DNA of 64,000 nt from an uncultured Chloroflexia bacterium (GTDB lineage Bacteria; Chloroflexota; Anaerolineae; Anaerolineales; Anaerolineaceae), in contig CAVPSU010000001.1 in assembly GCA_963708715.1 (NCBI GenBank), forward strand, positions 736,000 to 799,999, in the 5' to 3' direction. The position numbers were made by a program, and so were the translations under genes. Position 1 is the first letter of the stretch. Each line of letters starts with the position of its first letter. The notes under the pieces are model-generated. The model saw only the letters and a program-made list of their open reading frames with translations, searched no databases and was not told the DNA's origin. Positions 46,767 to 57,352 of the stretch are shown one piece after another.

Positions 46767-48080
46767 TCAGTATTTTTTTTGAGCATTCATCATCAAACCG
46801 GCAGCCTTGCGTCCAATCTCGACTGCGAAATTTGTTCCGCGATCCCACGGGTAAACCTGGCTCATGCTCGCGAAGTATAATCCGTCGATCGGAGTTTGAA
46901 TAGCGGGTATGTTTTTTGAATGATTCACAAAGGGAACTGGCTGTGCGTATTTGGTGCGATTTAACCAGATCTTCTTGATCCATGTTTTATTGAATTCTGG
47001 GTTGATCCGCTGAATACCGGGGAGGAATTTATGCAATAGGGCTTCTTCGCTCAGTTGGAAGTTTTCGTGCTCTGGTTCCAGGTAGTCCCCGATATAAACA
47101 ATTCGATCCCCCCCGAAGTGTTCCGGCGGAAGGAAATTGGTATGCTCAACGATCGCGAGGAATGGAAATCCTGCTGATTTGGGGATGTTGTACCAGTAAT
47201 ACCCATCTGGAGAGAGCGGCTGATTCAAGGACAGGACCATCACTACTGCGCCCAGGCTTTTAAGTTCGAGCAATCCCCGGAGATAATCTGCAGGAAGATC
47301 AGGCGCCATCTGCGCCATCAAACCGGGTGAAGTGGTAACCAGGCATTGGTCATACAATTCGTCCACACCGTTTGCCTGGATCTTCACTTTCCCATCCGAT
47401 GACGGGATGATCGCCTGGATCGGTGTTTTGAGCTGAATGACGACACCCATTTCCCGGAGTTTATCCGCAAAGATGTTACAGAATCTCTGGAAGCCACCTT
47501 CAAATGTTCCCAGCCGGGTTGTCCTGCTATGCAAACGAGCCCACATCCAGGCCATATTCACCTGACGGGCATAGCGTTCACCAAATTTCCCGGTGACCAT
47601 TGGTTCCCACATGGATTTATATACTGATTCCCCCGCCCATTTTCGCATCCACTTTTCAACCGTGGTATTCTCCAGTGCTTTCCAATTCGTGGTGAGCCTC
47701 AGAAAAAGACCAACCAGACCAAACCGGATCTTATTGATTCCCCATCCCAAGCCTGGGAAGAGGATCATCGACGGGATGGCATCAAAGGGATAAAATTTGC
47801 CGTTGTGATACATCACGGTGTATGGGCGGGGAAAAAGGACCTTGTCCTGCAGACCCAATTCGCGGATCAATCCCAGTATATGTTTATCTGTCGTGAACCA
47901 GTGATGATAGAATTTCTCCACCGACCAATCCCAATTCGGCTCCTTGAATCCACCTGCCAGACCACCTACGACATCTGATCCTTCATACAAGGTAACATGG
48001 TTGCCTGCGCGGATGAGATCCCATGCGGCAGCCATTCCGCCCATACCTGCACCGATGATTGCGATATTCTTCCCTTTCAT
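46767..48080 (-). CDS. FAD-dependent oxidoreductase (amine oxidase / phytoene desaturase-like fold)
   Basis: Dinucleotide-binding N-terminus KNIAIIGAGMGGMAAAWDL. 437 aa. Confidence 0.7.
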   Translation of the reverse strand: MKGKNIAIIGAGMGGMAAAWDLIRAGNHVTLYEGSDVVGGLAGGFKEPNWDWSVEKFYHHWFTTDKHILGLIRELGLQDKVLFPRPYTVMYHNGKFYPFDAIPSMILFPGLGWGINKIRFGLVGLFLRLTTNWKALENTTVEKWMRKWAGESVYKSMWEPMVTGKFGERYARQVNMAWMWARLHSRTTRLGTFEGGFQRFCNIFADKLREMGVVIQLKTPIQAIIPSSDGKVKIQANGVDELYDQCLVTTSPGLMAQMAPDLPADYLRGLLELKSLGAVVMVLSLNQPLSPDGYYWYNIPKSAGFPFLAIVEHTNFLPPEHFGGDRIVYIGDYLEPEHENFQLSEEALLHKFLPGIQRINPEFNKTWIKKIWLNRTKYAQPVPFVNHSKNIPAIQTPIDGLYFASMSQVYPWDRGTNFAVEIGRKAAGLMMNAQKKY

Positions 48081-49114
48081 CCATTCTCCTTGGCGAGTGT
48101 ATCGCTTGTCTTACCTGCATCCGATTCTTCAGGGACTTTTCCCCATTTCAAGCCTTCACGAGCAAAGTAGTATCCGCCGAGGGCGGTAATTGGCAACCAG
48201 AGGGCTACATGTAGGACCAGGGTATACCCAACCGCGATGGAGTTGGGAATGGAATAGGCGGTCAGAAGGGCAATACCCGGCGCGTCAAATGTACCAATAT
48301 ACCCGGGCGCGGAAGGAATGGTTGTAGCTAGATTGACAATACCATTCATCAGCATCAAGGCAAAAAAACTAACCTCGAATGGGAATGCATGCATCACAAA
48401 CCAATATTTTCCGGTCTCCAAAAGCCAGATAATTGCAGAAGTGAACAGGATCATTAAGGCATCCAGTGGGGAACGGAGTGATTCCAAACCGCCCAAAAAA
48501 CGATGCACAATTCCACTTATTTTTTCCTGGAAACGGTGCGGTATAAGGTATTGGATAAACCAATCGGCAATCTTTCGGGATTGATGAGGAAACATCGCCG
48601 CTACCAGAAACACTACCAACACTGCGATAAAGACAATTGCGCCATAAATGGCCAGGTTTCGGATGTTGCCAATAAATCCGGATGAAGAAGTGAGTTTGGC
48701 AAGTTCTCCCAAGTTAAGAAAAACAAAAGCCAGCATGATAACGCCGTCAAAAACACGCTCTACTATAATGGTCGCCAGCGAAGCCGAGATGGGAACTCCC
48801 TCGCGGCGTTTTAAAACAGCAGCCCGAAGCAATTCACCAGCCCGGTATGGGTAGATATTATTGCCCATATAACCAATGGCAACTACAGGAAACATACTTG
48901 CCGTACTGATCTTTTTTAATGGACGCAGAAGATAATGCCAGCGCCAGGCTCGAACCCAAACCCCCAGGAAATAAACTGCAACTCCAGGAAGGATCCACCA
49001 ATACCTTGCAGATTTGATAACATCCCACGCTTCCAAAATATTCAATTTGCGCAGAGAAAAATACATCAGCACAACGCTGATAAGCATTCCCAGCCAAAAA
49101 ATCCACTTTTTCAT
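48077..49114 (-). CDS. flippase-like membrane protein (UPF0104 / lysyl-PG synthase TM-domain family)
   Basis: Polytopic 345-aa protein with the RAWRW..LL motif. 4-nt overlap with the oxidoreductase gene. Confidence 0.65.
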   Translation of the reverse strand: MKKWIFWLGMLISVVLMYFSLRKLNILEAWDVIKSARYWWILPGVAVYFLGVWVRAWRWHYLLRPLKKISTASMFPVVAIGYMGNNIYPYRAGELLRAAVLKRREGVPISASLATIIVERVFDGVIMLAFVFLNLGELAKLTSSSGFIGNIRNLAIYGAIVFIAVLVVFLVAAMFPHQSRKIADWFIQYLIPHRFQEKISGIVHRFLGGLESLRSPLDALMILFTSAIIWLLETGKYWFVMHAFPFEVSFFALMLMNGIVNLATTIPSAPGYIGTFDAPGIALLTAYSIPNSIAVGYTLVLHVALWLPITALGGYYFAREGLKWGKVPEESDAGKTSDTLAKENG

Positions 49115-49146
49115 GGATTTAATTCTACCATGTTATACTTTTGAGC

Positions 49147-51048
49147 ATGCCGCTGCTCTCCGCCGTCTCCCTTGGTAAGGCATTTGGCTCACAAGACCTG
49201 TTCAGTCAGGTCTCTTTTGGGATTCCTCACCGGGCACGGATTGCGCTGGTCGGACCGAATGGGATCGGCAAGACAACCCTGCTCCGGATATTGATGGGAT
49301 TGGAAGATCCGTCAGAAGGTAAGGTCCAAAGGGCAAAGGGATTGAACATCGGTTATCTTCCCCAGGAAGCCCAATTTGAACATACCGAAGCCACACTCTG
49401 GGATGAATGCCTGCGACCGTTTGCGCAATTAGTCGAAAAGCAGCGGGTCTTACACAACCTGGAGGAAGAGATTGCCCGTTCACCCGCGCAATCCGATCTG
49501 CTGGAGCGTTACGGCAAGCTCCAACATGAGTTTGACCATCTGGGTGGATACACTTACGAACTGACCATCCGCATGACCCTCACCGGGTTGGGATTCGCAC
49601 CGGATGATTTTATCCGTCCGTTCACCCAGCTCTCCGGGGGGCAGCGCACCCGGGCACTTCTCGCCCGGTTGATCCTTTCCAATCCTGATATTCTATTGAT
49701 GGATGAACCGACCAATCACCTCGACATCGCCGCGGTGGAATGGCTGGAGAAATTCTTCAAGGATTGGCCTGGCGCCGTATTCTTCGTCTCTCACGATCGC
49801 TACTTCATTGATCAGGTTGCGGACCATGTCTATGAGCTGGCTCCCGAGTTCGAAATCTTTCGGGGAAATTATTCCGCGTATTTACAGCAACGCGAAGAAC
49901 GCTACCGCTTACACTTACGTGAATACGAAGACCTCCAGGAGTTTGTTGCCAAAGAAGAAGAATACATCCGCCGGAATATGGCCGGGCAGAATACCCGCCA
50001 GGCACAAGGACGATTGAAGCGGCTGGAGAGATTGCTGGAAGAGACACGCCTTACCCGACCGCGACAGCGTCGCAGCCTGCACCTGGCAATGAACAGCTCT
50101 GGCCGGTCTGGTGATCTCGTCATCCGAACATATTCGCTCGATGTGGGGTACGCCGATGAAGGTCAGCCTCTTTTCCATGTTCCTGATTTGATTTTGAAAC
50201 GGGGCGAGTGCGCCGCAGTGATCGGTCCGAATGGGGCTGGAAAGACCACTTTCCTCAAGACCATTCTCAACCAACTTCCGCCCTTTTCCGGAGAAGTCGA
50301 TCTGGGCTCTTCCTTACAAATCGGATATTTCTCCCAGGCGCATGAAGGTCTGAACCCTGACCTGAACCTGATCGAAGAGATCAACACCGTCGCACCTCAC
50401 ATGTTGCCGGGGGAAGTGCGCAACTACCTTGCAAAGTATCTCTTCACAGGGGATGATGCCTACAAACCTGTGGAGGTATTATCCGGTGGTGAACGCGGAC
50501 GGCTGGCACTGGCAAAACTCTCGCTCACCACTGCCAACTTACTCCTGCTCGACGAGCCAACCAACCATCTCGATCTCGCATCACAAGAGGTGTTGCAGAC
50601 CGTTCTTAACGACTATCGGGGTACGATCCTGTTGGTCTCCCACGACCGCTACCTAATCGATTCGTTGGCATCTCAAATTTGGGCGGTAGACCCTGACGCT
50701 AGGCAATTGTCGGTTTTCCCGGGTAGTTATAGTGAGTACAAGTCCTTCCTTGCCGGACAGGAATCGGTTCAACTGGATTCAGGTCAGCGACTCGAATCTC
50801 AAACCATATCTTCACCCAAAGACATAAAGAAGTCCAGGGAATTATCCAACTGGAAGAAGAATAAGATGTTGGATGATTTGGAAAGTAGAATTTCCGAGCT
50901 CGAGACAGAACTCGCTCGTTTGAACACTATTCTCACGAATCCACCTGCAGATCCTTTGCTAGTGGAACACTCTGGAAGAGAATACGTACGGGTAGAGCGG
51001 GAATTGGCCAGATTAGTGGAAGACTGGAGTCACCTGGCACCGGGGTAA
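49147..51048 (+). CDS. ABC-F family ATPase (intact, two cassettes plus C-terminal coiled coil)
   Basis: GPNGIGKTT / LSGGQRTR / LLMDEP, then GPNGAGKTT / LSGGERGR / LLLDEP. Confidence 0.85.
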   Translation: MPLLSAVSLGKAFGSQDLFSQVSFGIPHRARIALVGPNGIGKTTLLRILMGLEDPSEGKVQRAKGLNIGYLPQEAQFEHTEATLWDECLRPFAQLVEKQRVLHNLEEEIARSPAQSDLLERYGKLQHEFDHLGGYTYELTIRMTLTGLGFAPDDFIRPFTQLSGGQRTRALLARLILSNPDILLMDEPTNHLDIAAVEWLEKFFKDWPGAVFFVSHDRYFIDQVADHVYELAPEFEIFRGNYSAYLQQREERYRLHLREYEDLQEFVAKEEEYIRRNMAGQNTRQAQGRLKRLERLLEETRLTRPRQRRSLHLAMNSSGRSGDLVIRTYSLDVGYADEGQPLFHVPDLILKRGECAAVIGPNGAGKTTFLKTILNQLPPFSGEVDLGSSLQIGYFSQAHEGLNPDLNLIEEINTVAPHMLPGEVRNYLAKYLFTGDDAYKPVEVLSGGERGRLALAKLSLTTANLLLLDEPTNHLDLASQEVLQTVLNDYRGTILLVSHDRYLIDSLASQIWAVDPDARQLSVFPGSYSEYKSFLAGQESVQLDSGQRLESQTISSPKDIKKSRELSNWKKNKMLDDLESRISELETELARLNTILTNPPADPLLVEHSGREYVRVERELARLVEDWSHLAPG

Positions 51049-51140
51049 CTCCCATCGTTTTTGTCCCTTTTCTCCCCCATCTCCGTTTCTATACTGAGCT
51101 CACAAATCCATACTCAGGGATCTCGGAGGAAAGGAAAAGC

Positions 51141-51707
51141 ATGACAGACCCATCCATCGTAATCGCCATGGATCAAGACTGTGCACTTAATAACGAAGCT
51201 AATTGGATCGAAGCTTGTCGGAAAGACCCGGCAGCATTCGTCTGGTTATACGATGCCTACATCCAGAAGGTATATCGTTACCTGTACAGCCGCGTAAACA
51301 ACCAACAAGACGCAGAAGAACTCACCTCGCGTACTTTTTTATCCGCCTTAGAATCCATTCCCCATTACCAACACCGGGGTTATTTCAGCGCATGGCTATT
51401 CACCATCGCCCGAAATAAGGTCACGGATTTCTACCGGCGTGAAAAGCGCGATCTAGTTAGAGAGGATGTAGATCTAAGTAGCGGATCAGAGGAGATACTG
51501 GATGGCGTTATAGAATCAGAACGGACGCTAAAGCTAAGGTCTCTCGTCCATGCACTCCCGGAAGAGGAACAGGAATGGCTCCGGTTGCGTTTCGTCGCCC
51601 AGCTGCCATTCAACGAGATCTCTCAACTCCTTAGAAAGAATGAGGAAGCAATGAAGAAAAACATTTACCGGTTGCTGGACCGTTTACACCAGCAGATGGA
51701 GGACTGA
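51141..51707 (+). CDS. ECF-type RNA polymerase sigma factor
   Basis: Region 2 (AEELTSRTFLSALESIPHYQHRGYFSAWLFTIARNKVTDFYRR) and region 4. Confidence 0.8.
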   Translation: MTDPSIVIAMDQDCALNNEANWIEACRKDPAAFVWLYDAYIQKVYRYLYSRVNNQQDAEELTSRTFLSALESIPHYQHRGYFSAWLFTIARNKVTDFYRREKRDLVREDVDLSSGSEEILDGVIESERTLKLRSLVHALPEEEQEWLRLRFVAQLPFNEISQLLRKNEEAMKKNIYRLLDRLHQQMED

Positions 51708-51708
51708 C

Positions 51709-54105
51709 ATGCCTAAGCACGAGACCTCCAGAGAGTGGAAAGCGGACATCGAGCAAAGCATGGCTGTTCCTTCGGCATCATCTGAATTTGTCCAAAATTT
51801 GCGAGTTAAGTTACTCGCGCAAACACAAACCAAGCCAAAACGTTGGTATTCCACCTTTAGGCTTCGACTTGTCTGGAAAGGTGTGATGGCAGGATTGGTG
51901 CTCATTCTCATAGTCAGCGTGATCATTGGACCTCAAAACGTGCTGGCTGCTTTCCGCAGTTTGTTCGGTTACATCCCCGGCATCGGTCTAGTTCAGGCCA
52001 GTCCACAGTTACGACTGCTGGAGAGACCGGTCGAGATTTCCCGTGATGGGATCACCCTAACCCTGGAAAAGGCGGCTTTCGATGGCAACCGCCTAGTGGT
52101 TGTATATAAAACCGAAGGCTTGAGTCTGCAGGCGGCGAATTCCCAAGGCGAAGGTGCCGTCACCGGTGGTGTTGCTGCGATTGTGTTAAAAGATGGTACC
52201 GTTTTTACCCAGGATGAGGTTTCCTGGCGTGGATGGGCGACTGGATATCGCAACCGGATTGTATTCCATAACATCCCAAAGGATACCTGGGATATGACCC
52301 TTTTCATCCATCTACTCGAAACCATGCCGGAAGGCGCCGCGCCACAGGACTGGCAAGTCAAGTTCCACTTGTCCGCTGCGCCGCCAAGCTTGGTCATGAT
52401 GCCAGTATATGAATTGGAAACACCAACTCCGATGGATCAACAACCAACAGGCAATCCAGCCACTCCTTCCGCAGAAACCGGGACGATGTTAGGAAATGCT
52501 GCCACCAGTGAAGGATTGCAGATCGTGTTAGATAAAGTGATTGAGATGGAGATTGGTTATCTCTTCCAGGGATACATAGACTGGGAAAACCGTCCAGATA
52601 CAATTCAAGGCGGTGTGGACCCTTACTCTATCCAGATTTATAACAACGGAAAACTAGTTGCATCCGAACCTGCCGAGCCGGATGTTCCTGTGGAACATGC
52701 AACCCAACGATATTACTGGGCTAAACAAACCAATTCGAAAGCATTGTCCGGCGATGTCACCATTCAATTAAAAGACATCATAATCCATGAAAAATCAGAT
52801 ACCCCGTTTCAATTGGATCTGGGAAGTTCCCCACAGCCTGATCAAATCTTCAAGCCTAACCTTTCCTTGACTGTCAATGAAAAATCCCTTGTAATATCGA
52901 CCGCCCAATTGAAGGTGGAAGCCGATGGAACAACTGATCTGCATATCTACTTCATAGCCGATCCAACTTTCCGGTTTGTATCGTTTTCCGATCCAGAGAG
53001 CTACCCATCCAGCCGGCCAGCGGGTGGCGGAGGAGGAGGTGCAGGTGAGCCTGAATCCATCGACTCGCGAGCCAATTTCGAAACGGCTTTCAAATATGGC
53101 AGAATGCCTACCGGAGTTCGCAACCTAACCATCTTCGAAGTTGTACGCAATGTACCGGGAACGGTCGAACTGCACTGGCAGGCTCCCATGGATGAATCCC
53201 TGGAGATTGTCGCCACTGAACAATCTACTCAATCCATTTGTCTGACTGATGAGTCCTGGCAACGGTTAGACTTCACTAAACCGGTGCAATTACCCGCCGG
53301 GCTAACTGGCACCCTGCTTTTGGAAAAGTATGTTACCGGGCAACCTATGCCTGCCCTGATTCGCACAAACCTACTTGGAACCTCCCAGCAGCCATTTGAT
53401 TACGGCGGTTGGAGTTCGCTCTCACCAGATGGAAAGAAAATCGTATACATACATAGCGATGGTCCAGGCATCATTCTCTATGATGTGGCTACCCGTAATG
53501 CGATCGTCATCCCAGGCACAATTCCAGCGGACTGGAATCCGATCTGGTCGCCGGATGGAGAATGGATTGTTTTCAAGCGTGGCGTGGGAGGAACATATTA
53601 CCGTGTCCACCCGGATGGCACAAACCTGGATATCCTCTACCAAACCACAGCTTACCTTGATTTCGGCAATTGGGACCCGGATGGAAAAAGTATCATCGCA
53701 CAAGGATTGACGGATCAGGGAGTTATGATCCAGCGAGTAGACCTTATCAAAGAGACGACCACGAATCTATTCGCAACCGGATTAAGAAAAACTGTGGCTT
53801 TTCCACAGATCTCACCTGACGGCCAATTCATTGTGTATCGTGGTATGGAATTTGGGGCAGATCATTATTCAATCAAACTGGCGAAGGCTGATGGAAGCGA
53901 TCCTCAGACCATAGCCGACAGTGCATCTATGAATATCATGATCGGCGCCTGGAGCCCGGATGGGAAATGGGTGATCGTCACAATCGTTGCAGAAAACAGC
54001 GAATACCTCTACAAATCGGTTTTGATCCACCCGGAGAACTGCGAGGTGCTTCCCCTTCCAAACCTGATAGGGCAGGTGAAAGGCTGGTCAGCCAGCGAGC
54101 CATAA
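51709..54105 (+). CDS. putative anti-sigma factor with large extracytoplasmic region ending in TolB-like (PD40) beta-propeller repeats
   Basis: Starts 2 nt after the sigma gene stop. Single TM helix at about residues 58-80. Repeats SPDGKKIVY, SPDGEWIVF, DPDGKSII, SPDGQFIVY, SPDGKWVIV. Confidence 0.6.
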   Translation: MPKHETSREWKADIEQSMAVPSASSEFVQNLRVKLLAQTQTKPKRWYSTFRLRLVWKGVMAGLVLILIVSVIIGPQNVLAAFRSLFGYIPGIGLVQASPQLRLLERPVEISRDGITLTLEKAAFDGNRLVVVYKTEGLSLQAANSQGEGAVTGGVAAIVLKDGTVFTQDEVSWRGWATGYRNRIVFHNIPKDTWDMTLFIHLLETMPEGAAPQDWQVKFHLSAAPPSLVMMPVYELETPTPMDQQPTGNPATPSAETGTMLGNAATSEGLQIVLDKVIEMEIGYLFQGYIDWENRPDTIQGGVDPYSIQIYNNGKLVASEPAEPDVPVEHATQRYYWAKQTNSKALSGDVTIQLKDIIIHEKSDTPFQLDLGSSPQPDQIFKPNLSLTVNEKSLVISTAQLKVEADGTTDLHIYFIADPTFRFVSFSDPESYPSSRPAGGGGGGAGEPESIDSRANFETAFKYGRMPTGVRNLTIFEVVRNVPGTVELHWQAPMDESLEIVATEQSTQSICLTDESWQRLDFTKPVQLPAGLTGTLLLEKYVTGQPMPALIRTNLLGTSQQPFDYGGWSSLSPDGKKIVYIHSDGPGIILYDVATRNAIVIPGTIPADWNPIWSPDGEWIVFKRGVGGTYYRVHPDGTNLDILYQTTAYLDFGNWDPDGKSIIAQGLTDQGVMIQRVDLIKETTTNLFATGLRKTVAFPQISPDGQFIVYRGMEFGADHYSIKLAKADGSDPQTIADSASMNIMIGAWSPDGKWVIVTIVAENSEYLYKSVLIHPENCEVLPLPNLIGQVKGWSASEP

Positions 54106-54138
54106 GCCCATGGATCAAGGCGTTCAATAAAAACTTAC

Positions 54139-54169
54139 AAAATCCCCTTTCAATCGAGAAGGGGATTTT
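54139..54169. terminator. bidirectional terminator
   Basis: AAAATCCCCTT-9 nt-AAGGGGATTTT. Confidence 0.65.
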
Positions 54170-54227
54170 GGATTAATAGATACGAAATGCGAAATTGCGT
54201 TTCGAAGTCACCTGACAGATAATTTCT

Positions 54228-55494
54228 TCACGCGGCGGATCCGTTCTGTTCGATCGGTTGGTCCACTACCATCGGTTCATCCCCGTTATAGCGGAATAGT
54301 TGGGGAAAACGCGAAATTACCAATCCCGCTGCGATCACACATCCAATCCCACCTGAGACAATGGCAAATGGCACGCCAAACGCCTGCGCTACGATACCGC
54401 TCTCCACCTCACCCAATTGCGGGCCACCCTTGAAAAAGATCATATTGATACTGAGCATCCGTCCCCGCATCGAGTCGGGGGTTTGGAGCTGGCGGAGCGT
54501 ATTGCGGATGATGGTGTTCAGCCCATCCGCTGCGCCAATGACAATCAAAGCCGCCATTGTGATCCAGAAAGACGTGGACATCCCGAAAACTATGGTCGCC
54601 AGGCCGAAGATCACCACCGCGCCAGTGAGCAGCATCCCCTGGCGGACAAGATGTCTCCGTTGTGACACGAATAACGCAACCGATACCGTCCCGACCGATT
54701 GGGCAGCCGACAACCAGCCGTATTGAATGGCGCCAACATGCAGAATGTCACGCGCCACGAAAGGCAACAGGGTATTGGCGGAAGAGAAGAATGAAGCCAC
54801 AAAATCGACTATCATGGATGACAGGATGATGGGGGAGTTGCGAATGAACTGGATCCCTTCCCTGATGTCGATCATGGTACGATTGAATTGCAACCGGGTG
54901 TGCTTGATCTGACTTCTGAACCGGTCCCATGGCAACCAAGGCAGCGATCACAGCAATATAAGAGATGGCATTGATCCAGTAAGCCCATTGCAATCCGAGA
55001 TAGGCGATCACCAGTCCACAGATGGCGGGACCAAGGATCGAGCCGACATTGGATGAGATCGAATTCATACTATAGGCCGATGGGAGATCCTCCCTTGGAA
55101 CCAGGGATGGGATCAACGATTGTCGCGCAGGCAGGTCAAAAGAGACCGCTACGGATTGGATGATCACCATGATATAGATCGTCCAAAGCTGGGTAATATT
55201 GAGGTAGGTTAGTATGCCGAGCGCCAAGGCGACCAGGATCAGGATAGTCTGGGTAAGGATGGTCACCTTTCGACGGTTGAAATGGTCTGCCACCACACCC
55301 GCGAACAATGACAAGATCATCACCGGCAGAAAACGGGCCAAACCGATCCCGCTGATGACCAAAGGCTGGTCAGACAGGGTTCGCAGATGCCAGTAGATCG
55401 CCCAGAGCTGCATCTGGGATCCAATGGCAGAGATCATGAAGCCGATCCAATAAAGAAGATAGGGTCGGTGTTTTAATGCTGGTGGAATACGCAT
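54228..55494 (-). pseudogene. MFS transporter split into two overlapping ORFs (shift near 54900-54935)
   Basis: ORF 54748-55494 holds TM1-6 and turns to nonsense after ...AISYIAVIAALVAM. ORF 54228-54935 continues with RFRSQIK...IREGIQFIRNSPII and TM7-12. Confidence 0.7.
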
Positions 55495-55501
55495 GAAAGA
55501 C

Positions 55502-56344
55502 TTAGGTTCCCCAGTCTCGCAGGTAAAGGAAATCGTAGCCGACGGTACGGTTGGAGAGTTTTGCGATTGGCGGCATGACCCGCTTGAATTGAAACTTTCG
55601 AATCCGGTCTACTACTGAGTGGACAAATTGTTCCTTAAATCCAGCCTCTACACAATCCTGGGGAGAATAGCGCTGGTCTATCATCAGATAGAGTAATATG
55701 TCCACTTCAGCATACGTGAAGCCAAGTTCACTCTCGTCAGTTTGCCCAAGCCATAGATCAGCGGTTGGCGGTTTCGAAACGATCGCTTCTGGTACATTGA
55801 GTGCCCGGGCTAATTGACGTAATTGGGTCTTATACAAGTCCCCCAATGGATTGATGGCACAGGCAGAATCGCCATAAAGGGTTGAATAACCCAATAATAT
55901 CTCGGTTTTATTACTGGTTCCAACCACCAATCCACCAAAGCTGGCAGATTGATCATATAGAATTACCATCCTGAGTTTGGCCATGATGTTACCCATGCGG
56001 GTTTTACTTATGTCCTTGAACTGACCGATCAGAGGATCGGCCATATCGGTGATGGGAATCGTGATCGATTGGACACCCAATTGATCGATCACCTGTTGAG
56101 CATGGTCAAGCGAATCCTGTGATGATAATTTGTAAGGCATACGTACAGCAAGAACGTTTTCGGGTCCCAGGGCTTCAGATGCGAGAAAACAAGAAACCGC
56201 CGAATCCACACCACCAGAAAGACCGATGACTGCTTTCGTAAAACCCATCCGATTTAATTCTGTTCGGATAAAGCTGGTCAAGATCTCGCGCGCCAATTTG
56301 GTATTGATGGATAAATCCGGCTGCTGTTTTGAGAGTTCGATCAT
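55502..56344 (-). CDS. nadE: NAD+ synthetase (synthetase/ATP-pyrophosphatase domain)
   Basis: P-loop GLSGGVDSAV. 280 aa. Confidence 0.85.
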   Translation of the reverse strand: MIELSKQQPDLSINTKLAREILTSFIRTELNRMGFTKAVIGLSGGVDSAVSCFLASEALGPENVLAVRMPYKLSSQDSLDHAQQVIDQLGVQSITIPITDMADPLIGQFKDISKTRMGNIMAKLRMVILYDQSASFGGLVVGTSNKTEILLGYSTLYGDSACAINPLGDLYKTQLRQLARALNVPEAIVSKPPTADLWLGQTDESELGFTYAEVDILLYLMIDQRYSPQDCVEAGFKEQFVHSVVDRIRKFQFKRVMPPIAKLSNRTVGYDFLYLRDWGT

Positions 56345-56345
56345 C

Positions 56346-57200
56346 TTACCCCTCTTTTCCGACGATTCGGTTCATCTCACGCATGACCAGGGCAGTACGT
56401 TCATCGCGCAGAATAGGTAAGCGGGTGCGGGTACGATGCAATTGACCCAGGTCTAATTCTGCCAAGGTGAGTGACTCCTCCGCGTACGGCGCCTGGGCAA
56501 GCAAGGTCCCATCAGGGTCGTAGACCGTTGAGCCGCCCCAAAAATGGAGACCATCTTCAAACCCCACCCGGTTGACATGACTGACAAAGGTGGTGAAAAG
56601 ACTGGCATATGCCTGGTTGATATGTTCCACCCAGCGGGCAGATTCCAATTGGGGTGAACTGTTCAATCCGCGTCCAGGAGATGCAGAAGTAAAGAGCATG
56701 ATGTCTGCCCCATCGAGCCAGAGCAAATAGGGTGGTGAAGCATGCCAGAAATCTTCACAAATAAGGATCCCTGCCCGACCAAAGCGGGTATCAAAAGCAC
56801 GGATACTGTCTCCCCAGGCAAAAAAACGCCCTTCGTCGAAAAGACCATACGTGGGGAGATAGACTTTGTGGTGCACGTACTTCACTTCGCCATTTGAAAG
56901 ATAAGCTGACGAAATATAGAAACGGTTGCGCGCGTCTTCGTCCACAAAACCGACAACGATGTCAATGCCACGGCTGGCATCGAGTAGTTGCTTAAAGATG
57001 GGATTATCCCGGGTAGGCCTCATGGCTACCGAGGGAACAAGATCCTGTAAGACATACCCCGTGAGGGAAAGCTCGGGGAATTGGATGAGATCTGCTCCTG
57101 AGGTTTTTGCCTGCTGGATCAGTTCGAGGTGGCGGTTCAGATTATAGGTAGGGTCACCTAATCGGGTATTGATCTGTGATATGGCGAGGGTTATTTTCAT
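56346..57200 (-). CDS. carbon-nitrogen hydrolase (nitrilase superfamily), probable glutaminase partner of NadE
   Basis: CN-hydrolase pattern with the catalytic Cys in GILICEDFWH. Its stop is 1 nt from the nadE start. Confidence 0.8.
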   Translation of the reverse strand: MKITLAISQINTRLGDPTYNLNRHLELIQQAKTSGADLIQFPELSLTGYVLQDLVPSVAMRPTRDNPIFKQLLDASRGIDIVVGFVDEDARNRFYISSAYLSNGEVKYVHHKVYLPTYGLFDEGRFFAWGDSIRAFDTRFGRAGILICEDFWHASPPYLLWLDGADIMLFTSASPGRGLNSSPQLESARWVEHINQAYASLFTTFVSHVNRVGFEDGLHFWGGSTVYDPDGTLLAQAPYAEESLTLAELDLGQLHRTRTRLPILRDERTALVMREMNRIVGKEG

Positions 57201-57352
57201 GAAATCGTATGCCCTAAGAGTGAGGTGCTTTTATTATACGGCGAATGAAGTTTGCAAGGTAGGCTGGAATATCGATACGAGGAGGTTGCATGTCCAATGA
57301 AGCAATCTCCTTCATCTTTCCTGGTTCAGATGACTACTTATGGCTAGGTGTT

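Noticed and set aside
9700-55000. Programmed ribosomal frameshifting as the explanation for the split genes.
   Set aside because: No X XXY YYZ slippery heptamers, prfB-like or dnaX-like contexts, or downstream pseudoknot-like structures are seen at any junction. The junctions sit at plain short homopolymer runs.
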